The translations under genes were made by a program, and so were the position numbers. Below the pieces are notes generated by a model. That model saw only the letters and a program-made list of their open reading frames with translations, ran no database searches and had not been told where the DNA came from. Shown here piece by piece: positions 27,893-31,379 of a stretch of 31,379 nt of DNA. The DNA is from a virus (taxonomy: Duplodnaviria; Caudoviricetes): positions 1 to 31,379 of IMG/VR virus record IMGVR_UViG_3300008255_000328; one strand, given 5' to 3'. Every line of letters starts with the position of its first letter. Position 1 is the first letter of the stretch.

Positions 27893-27961
27893 CTCCGCGA
27901 AAGCCACAACAGATCAACCCCGGTTCTGGTGGTGAGCGGCTTACAAACAGGGGACTTATCC

Positions 27962-28026
27962 GTCCTGGGCACAATGGACAAGAAACTGCCCAACACTCGG
28001 TCCTGAGCATGACACAAAAAGGCTCA
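27962..28026 (+). ncRNA. two tandem mini H-type pseudoknots
   Basis: GTCC-TGGGCA-caat-GGAC-aagaaac-TGCCCA and GTC-c-TGAGC-at-GAC-acaaaaag-GCTCA. Confidence 0.5.
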
Positions 28027-28032
28027 CACTCT

Positions 28033-28107
28033 GGTCCCTTGGCCTAGTTGGTTCAAGGCAGCGGCTTGTCAAGCCGAAGATCACGGGTTCGAATCCCGTA
28101 GGGACCG
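28033..28107 (+). tRNA. tRNA-Asp(GTC)
   Basis: GGTCCCT/AGGGACC; CGGC-TTGTCAA-GCCG; G73. Confidence 0.93.
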
Positions 28108-28108
28108 C

Positions 28109-28183
28109 TGGGGCATAGCATAGGCCGGTCTAATGCAGCGGACTCTGACTCCGTGATCCCAGGTTCGAATCCTGGTGCCCCTA
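28109..28183 (+). tRNA. tRNA-Gln(CTG)
   Basis: (T)GGGGCA/TGCCCC(T); GCGGA-CTCTGAC-TCCGT. Confidence 0.9.
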
Positions 28184-28212
28184 CTCGTGCAGGCAGTCCG
28201 CAATAACAATTT

Positions 28213-28297
28213 GGAAGGTACCGTCAGCGGAGACAAATCGGGTTTGAACCCCGTGGGCACCGCAAGGTGTGGCGTTCGATTCGTCTACCTTCCTCCA
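28213..28297 (+). tRNA. tRNA-Ser(TGA) with atypical 8/4 acceptor/T-stem and encoded CCA
   Basis: GGAAGGTA/TACCTTCC; CGGG-TTTGAAC-CCCG; variable arm GCACC-GCAA-GGTGT; GGCG-TTCGATT-CGTC; TCCA end. Confidence 0.8.
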
Positions 28298-28300
28298 TTT

Positions 28301-28385
28301 GGTAGATTGGCAGAGCGGTAATGCAACGGTTTGCTAAACCGTAGTCATCCTTACGGATGCGCAGGTTCGATCCCTGCATCTACCA
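28301..28385 (+). tRNA. tRNA-Ser(GCT)
   Basis: GGTAGAT/ATCTACC; ACGGT-TTGCTAA-ACCGT; long variable arm. Confidence 0.92.
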
Positions 28386-28404
28386 CGTTAGGTAATACCC
28401 TTAT

Positions 28405-28480
28405 TCCTCTGTAGCACAATAGGCAGTGCGTCCGGCTGTTAACCGGAAGGTTCTAGGTTCGAGCCCTAGCGGAGGAGCCA
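28405..28480 (+). tRNA. tRNA-Asn(GTT), encoded CCA
   Basis: TCCTCTG/CGGAGGA; TCCGG-CTGTTAA-CCGGA; GCCA end. Confidence 0.93.
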
Positions 28481-28481
28481 T

Positions 28482-28557
28482 AGGTCGGTGGTCCAGCCCG
28501 GTTACGGACGCCTCTCTGATAAAGAGGAGATCGCAGGTTCAAATCCTGCTCGACCTA
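28482..28557 (+). tRNA. tRNA-Ile(GAT)
   Basis: AGGTCGG/TCGACCT; CCTCT-CTGATAA-AGAGG. Confidence 0.92.
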
Positions 28558-28569
28558 TACTTGGTCTGC

Positions 28570-28655
28570 GCATGCTAGGCTCAGACCCTACAACCAGCAT
28601 GCTAGGCTCAGACCCTACAACCAGCATGCTAGGCTCAGACCCTACAACCAGCATG
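28570..28655 (+). repeat. perfect 27-bp tandem repeat x3 plus 5 bp
   Basis: GCATGCTAGGCTCAGACCCTACAACCA three times, then GCATG; no spacers. Confidence 0.97.
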
Positions 28656-28727
28656 GTCCGTTGGACGAGCGGAAAAGTCGTCACCCTCTCAAGGTGAAGG
28701 TCAGGGGTTCGAATCCCCTACGGACTA
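28655..28727 (+). tRNA. tRNA-Glu(CTC)
   Basis: GGTCCGT/ACGGACT; TCACC-CTCTCAA-GGTGA. Confidence 0.92.
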
Positions 28728-28748
28728 CGTACAACTTCATACAGACTT

Positions 28749-28851
28749 GGCCGACTAGCCCCCGTGTGAAAACGGATCCGGTTGCAGTCCGCGCGACCTG
28801 AAATCGCGTCTAGGATTGTGGTGTTCCACTAATGCTCACGGTCGGCCTCCA
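28749..28851 (+). ncRNA. 103-nt tRNA-like RNA with acceptor stem and TCCA end but no canonical T-loop
   Basis: GGCCGAC/GTCGGCC + TCCA; CCGT-GTGAAA-ACGG hairpin; long arm GCAGTCC-GCGCGA-CCTGAAA-TCGCGT-cta-GGATTGT. Confidence 0.55.
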
Positions 28852-28854
28852 CTT

Positions 28855-28926
28855 GGTCCCGTCGTCTATTGGCTAGGATCTGGGTCTTTCAAGCCCATGA
28901 ACAGGGTTCGATTCCCTGCGGGACTG
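28855..28926 (+). tRNA. tRNA-Glu(TTC)
   Basis: GGTCCCG/CGGGACT; TGGGT-CTTTCAA-GCCCA. Confidence 0.92.
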
Positions 28927-28930
28927 CTTT

Positions 28931-29003
28931 GGCGCTCTAGCCCAACGGCAGAGGCAACGGTTTCAAACGCCGTAAAGTCTGGGTTCGAATCCCAGGGGCG
29001 CTA
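28931..29003 (+). tRNA. tRNA-Leu(CAA), short variable loop
   Basis: GGCGCTC/GGGCGCT; ACGGT-TTCAAAC-GCCGT; A73. Confidence 0.88.
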
Positions 29004-29023
29004 CGCAAGACAATTACATACAT

Positions 29024-29096
29024 GGAGGCGTAGCCCAACGGCAGAGGCAGCGGGCTTAAAATCCGCTCAGTGTGGGTTCGAATCCCACCGCCTCTA
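29024..29096 (+). tRNA. tRNA-Leu(TAA), short variable loop
   Basis: GGAGGCG/CGCCTCT; GCGGG-CTTAAAA-TCCGC; A73. Confidence 0.9.
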
Positions 29097-29116
29097 CTGT
29101 CGTTTAAACGACACAT

Positions 29117-29189
29117 GCCGCTCTAGCCCAACGGTAGAGGCACTGGTCTTAGGAACCAGTCAGTCAGGGTTCGAATCCCTGGGGCGGTA
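29117..29189 (+). tRNA. tRNA-Leu(TAG), short variable loop
   Basis: GCCGCTC/GGGCGGT; CTGGT-CTTAGGA-ACCAG; A73. Confidence 0.9.
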
Positions 29190-29194
29190 CGCAT

Positions 29195-29265
29195 GGCTGG
29201 TTCGTCTAATGGGAAGGCCGCTCCCTTACAAGGAGACGACGGGGGTTCGATTCCCTCACCGGCTA
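29195..29265 (+). tRNA. tRNA-Val(TAC)
   Basis: GGCTGGT/ACCGGCT; CTCC-CTTACAA-GGAG. Confidence 0.88.
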
Positions 29266-29281
29266 CTTCAACTGAATACCT

Positions 29282-29356
29282 GGGGCACTCGCCTAATTGG
29301 CTATGGCACCACTCTTCCAAAGTGGAACAATCGGGGTTCGAATCCCCGGTGCCTCA
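29282..29356 (+). tRNA. tRNA-Gly(TCC)
   Basis: GGGGCAC/GTGCCTC; CCACT-CTTCCAA-AGTGG. Confidence 0.88.
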
Positions 29357-29379
29357 CCTGAGTTAGTTACACTGGTTCC

Positions 29380-30105
29380 ATGTTCGAACTTCGAGATGGA
29401 ACCAGAGTTGAAGATCCTCGTCTGGGTCGGTTGACTCACTTCGATGAGAGATCCCGCAACTACCCAGTGACGGCTGGCATCGAGGCCAAGAAGCCGCGCT
29501 CCTACCACTGGCGCATCAACAACGGCGCGCTGGACCAGGGACGTGAGGGAGCCTGTGTCGGGTTCGCCTGGACCCACGAACTCCTGGCCCGCCCTGCTGA
29601 AGTTCCTGACCTGGACGCACGCTTCGCGCGTGAGGTGTACCACCAGGCGCAGCGTATCGATCAGTGGCCCGGAGGTACCTACCCCGGCGCGAGTCCGGTG
29701 TACGACGGCACGAGCATCCTCGCGGGTGCGAAGTCGATGGTGTTCCGTGGGTACATCGGTGAGTACCGATGGGCCTTCGGTTTAAACGATCTGATCCTCG
29801 CGCTGGGCTACAAGGGTCCCGCTGTTCTGGGGATCCCGTGGTACTCATCGATGTACCAGACAGAGGCTCGTGGGTCCCAGCAGTGGGTGAACGTCAACGG
29901 CAACATCGTCGGTGGACACGCCATCGTGGCTAGAGGCGTGAACATCAAGGGTGAGTACGTTACGCTTCACAACTCCTGGGGACCGACCTGGGGAATCAAC
30001 GGAGACGCGCGCATCTCGTTCAGTGATCTGGACAAGTTGCTGAAGCAACAGGGTGAGGCGTGCATCCCCGTGGAGCGGTACAAGAAGCCCAAGATCAACA
30101 ACTGA
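29380..30105 (+). CDS. papain-family (C1-like) cysteine protease
   Basis: 'LDQGREGACVGFA' (Gln oxyanion, catalytic Cys), 'GGHAIV' (His), 'HNSWGPTWGING' (Asn). Confidence 0.92.
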   Translation: MFELRDGTRVEDPRLGRLTHFDERSRNYPVTAGIEAKKPRSYHWRINNGALDQGREGACVGFAWTHELLARPAEVPDLDARFAREVYHQAQRIDQWPGGTYPGASPVYDGTSILAGAKSMVFRGYIGEYRWAFGLNDLILALGYKGPAVLGIPWYSSMYQTEARGSQQWVNVNGNIVGGHAIVARGVNIKGEYVTLHNSWGPTWGINGDARISFSDLDKLLKQQGEACIPVERYKKPKINN

Positions 30106-30111
30106 ATACCT

Positions 30112-30183
30112 AGGGGTGTCGTCTAATGGACAAGACCGGGGCCTTTGAAGCCCTTAATGTAGGTTCGATCCCTACCGCCCCTT
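30112..30183 (+). tRNA. tRNA-Gln(TTG)
   Basis: AGGGGTG/CGCCCCT; GGGGC-CTTTGAA-GCCCT. Confidence 0.9.
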
Positions 30184-30185
30184 CC

Positions 30186-30258
30186 GCCACCGTAGTGTCA
30201 ATGGCGAGCACGCGCCCTTTGTACGGCCGAAGAGTGGGTTCGAATCCTTCCGGTGGCT
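30186..30258 (+). tRNA. tRNA-Thr(TGT)
   Basis: GCCACCG/CGGTGGC; CGCCC-TTTGTAC-GGCCG (one C-C mismatch). Confidence 0.85.
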
Positions 30259-30261
30259 CTT

Positions 30262-30357
30262 ATGGATAGAGTATTTACGAAGATCGAAATGGTTCTCTGG
30301 ACCACTGGGTACCTTGCAGGTGCCGCATTGGCGTTTGCAGGCTCCGCGTTTGGGTGA
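30262..30357 (+). CDS. possible 31-aa hydrophobic peptide
   Basis: MDRVFTKIEMVLWTTGYLAGAALAFAGSAFG*; no clear RBS. Confidence 0.35.
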   Translation: MDRVFTKIEMVLWTTGYLAGAALAFAGSAFG

Positions 30358-30461
30358 TCGGTACGCTGATCTTCCAGTTCTTCTTCCTGCTCTACAGGTA
30401 TTACGCAATTAAGAAGAGAGCAGCACGATTGCGTGATCTGTTACAGAACGTGCACGTTTAA
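30354..30461 (+). CDS. possible 35-aa membrane peptide
   Basis: GTGA overlap; MIGTLIFQFFFLLYRYYAIKKRAARLRDLLQNVHV*; stop inside GTTTAAAC. Confidence 0.35.
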   Translation: MIGTLIFQFFFLLYRYYAIKKRAARLRDLLQNVHV

Positions 30462-30467
30462 ACACTT

Positions 30468-30541
30468 GCCTCAGTAGCGTAGTTGGATAACGCGGGCGGC
30501 TTCTACCCGCCTATACGAGGGTTCGAATCCTTCCTGGGGCG
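30468..30541 (+). tRNA. tRNA-Arg(TCT)
   Basis: GCCTCAG/CTGGGGC; GGCGG-CTTCTAC-CCGCC; G73. Confidence 0.9.
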
Positions 30542-30562
30542 CAAGATTTTCTCGAAGATGTC

Positions 30563-30591
30563 TTGCAATTCCCTGCGAGCCCCGCTAGCGT
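30563..30591 (+). promoter_or_regulatory. putative sigma70/SigA-type promoter
   Basis: TTGCAA-N17-TAGCGT, followed by RBS AGGAAGGAG and ATG 30630. Confidence 0.55.
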
Positions 30592-30629
30592 GTTGCTTCC
30601 TGTAAGACGACAGGAAGGAGCACAGGCGC

Positions 30630-31379
30630 ATGTCCACCACCATCGGACTTGTTGGCGCGGGGCAGATCCCCGCGAAGAACTGCATCGCACTGCTGGAAGA
30701 CTTCATCGGTGACGATGACCGGGTCGGATTCGTGCTGGCCGTGGACCTCACGTGGGGTGCCACCCACGACGAGATCTTCGACTGGATCTCGGACCGGAAG
30801 TACCCCTACGTCGCGATCCACGACGACGACGCGGCCGAGGACAAGAACCTCGCCGTGATCATCAAGGGCGCGACCGAGGCCGTGAAGGTCACCCGCGTGG
30901 AGCGCAAGGTCGTGGAGGCCCTGAAGGAGGGCGACGGCGTCCTGGCCCTGCTGTGGGACGAGGAGGCCGAGGAGGACGACTACGAGGGCGACCCCGGCTA
31001 CGAGGCCCTGCTGGCGGCTGACGAGAAGGGCGTCAAGGCGTACGACCTCTCCGATGGCTTCGACCGGATCTCCTTCATGGAGGTGGACGAGGAGCAGGAG
31101 GAGACGGACGAACTCATCGACCAGGCCCAGGGCAAGTTCGAAGCCGACCCCGACGAGCAGGAGGAGGACGAGGAGTCCACCGAGACGCCCAACGGTCCCT
31201 CCCGCGAGGCGCTGGAGGCGATGACCCGCAGCCAGATCAAGATCCTGGTGAAGGAGGCAGTGAAGTTGGGCATGGCCGAGGTGTCGGCCCGTGCGCACAC
31301 GGCCACCATGATCGATGAGTTGGTCGCCTTCTACCAGTCCGGTGGTACCCAGGACGCGCCTGAGGACGTCCAGGAGGCC
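30630..31379 (+). CDS. highly acidic hypothetical protein (partial, runs off the window; absent from the ORF track)
   Basis: MSTTIGLVGAGQIPAKNCIALLEDFIGDDDRVGFVLAVD...EEQEETDE...REALEAMTRSQIKILVKE...; 250 open codons, strong RBS, almost all third positions G/C. Confidence 0.9.
   Translation, partial: MSTTIGLVGAGQIPAKNCIALLEDFIGDDDRVGFVLAVDLTWGATHDEIFDWISDRKYPYVAIHDDDAAEDKNLAVIIKGATEAVKVTRVERKVVEALKEGDGVLALLWDEEAEEDDYEGDPGYEALLAADEKGVKAYDLSDGFDRISFMEVDEEQEETDELIDQAQGKFEADPDEQEEDEESTETPNGPSREALEAMTRSQIKILVKEAVKLGMAEVSARAHTATMIDELVAFYQSGGTQDAPEDVQEA

Larger units (their letters stand above)
353..30463. repeat. dispersed palindromic octamer GTTTAAAC, 17 copies
   Basis: Starts at 353, 3902, 6534, 10426, 12725, 13331, 14509, 16286, 18045, 18864, 22428, 23376, 25704, 27642, 29102, 29780, 30456 (manual count). 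Confidence 0.93.

Noticed and set aside
28570-28655. CRISPR array, or the 69-aa ORF 28488-28697 with MLGSDPTTS repeats
   Set aside because: Repeats are contiguous with no spacers and no cas genes are present; the ORF overlaps tRNA-Ile and tRNA-Glu.
28213-29189. Selenocysteine or suppressor tRNAs and stop-codon recoding
   Set aside because: Anticodons read TGA, TAA and TAG 5'->3' (Ser, Leu, Leu), not TCA/TTA/CTA; all three stop codons end genes normally in this window.
26012-30408. ORF-track entries across the tRNA region (e.g. 26012-26275, 28816-29361, 27068-27274, 27735-28010, 30172-30408)
   Set aside because: They are translations of tRNA genes or their reverse strands (GFES/GSNP/RTGFEP peptides).
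30585-31298. 237-aa minus-strand ORF
   Set aside because: Antisense shadow of the GC3-rich plus-strand gene at 30630, which has the promoter and RBS.

Overview
A 31.4-kb, all-plus-strand segment of a large, high-GC, contractile-tailed (myovirus-type) phage or prophage, probably infecting an actinobacterium (inference from GC content, short-arm Leu tRNAs and tape-measure hydrolase types). Bases 1-25973 hold a tightly coupled neck/tail/baseplate operon with eCIS-like (PVC/Afp) parts: neck proteins, sheath, gp19-type tube, tail chaperone with a probable +1 frameshift extension, tape measure with three cell-wall hydrolase domains, tube initiator, LysM/GpX, hub, a gp5-type spike fused to a ~1000-aa His-rich fibre, gp25, baseplate J, fibre/receptor-binding genes, a gpI-like multidomain wedge and a holin-like protein. 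Bases 26077-30541 hold 25 tRNA genes (19 amino acids, no Pro) mixed with a ParB-like gene, a papain-like protease, micro-ORFs and several unexplained structured RNAs. An acidic protein behind its own promoter runs off the right edge. Most striking: 17 copies of the palindrome GTTTAAAC spread through this GC-rich DNA, and non-tRNA RNA modules inside the tRNA array. All calls come from reading the sequence by eye; no searches or folding programs were run.
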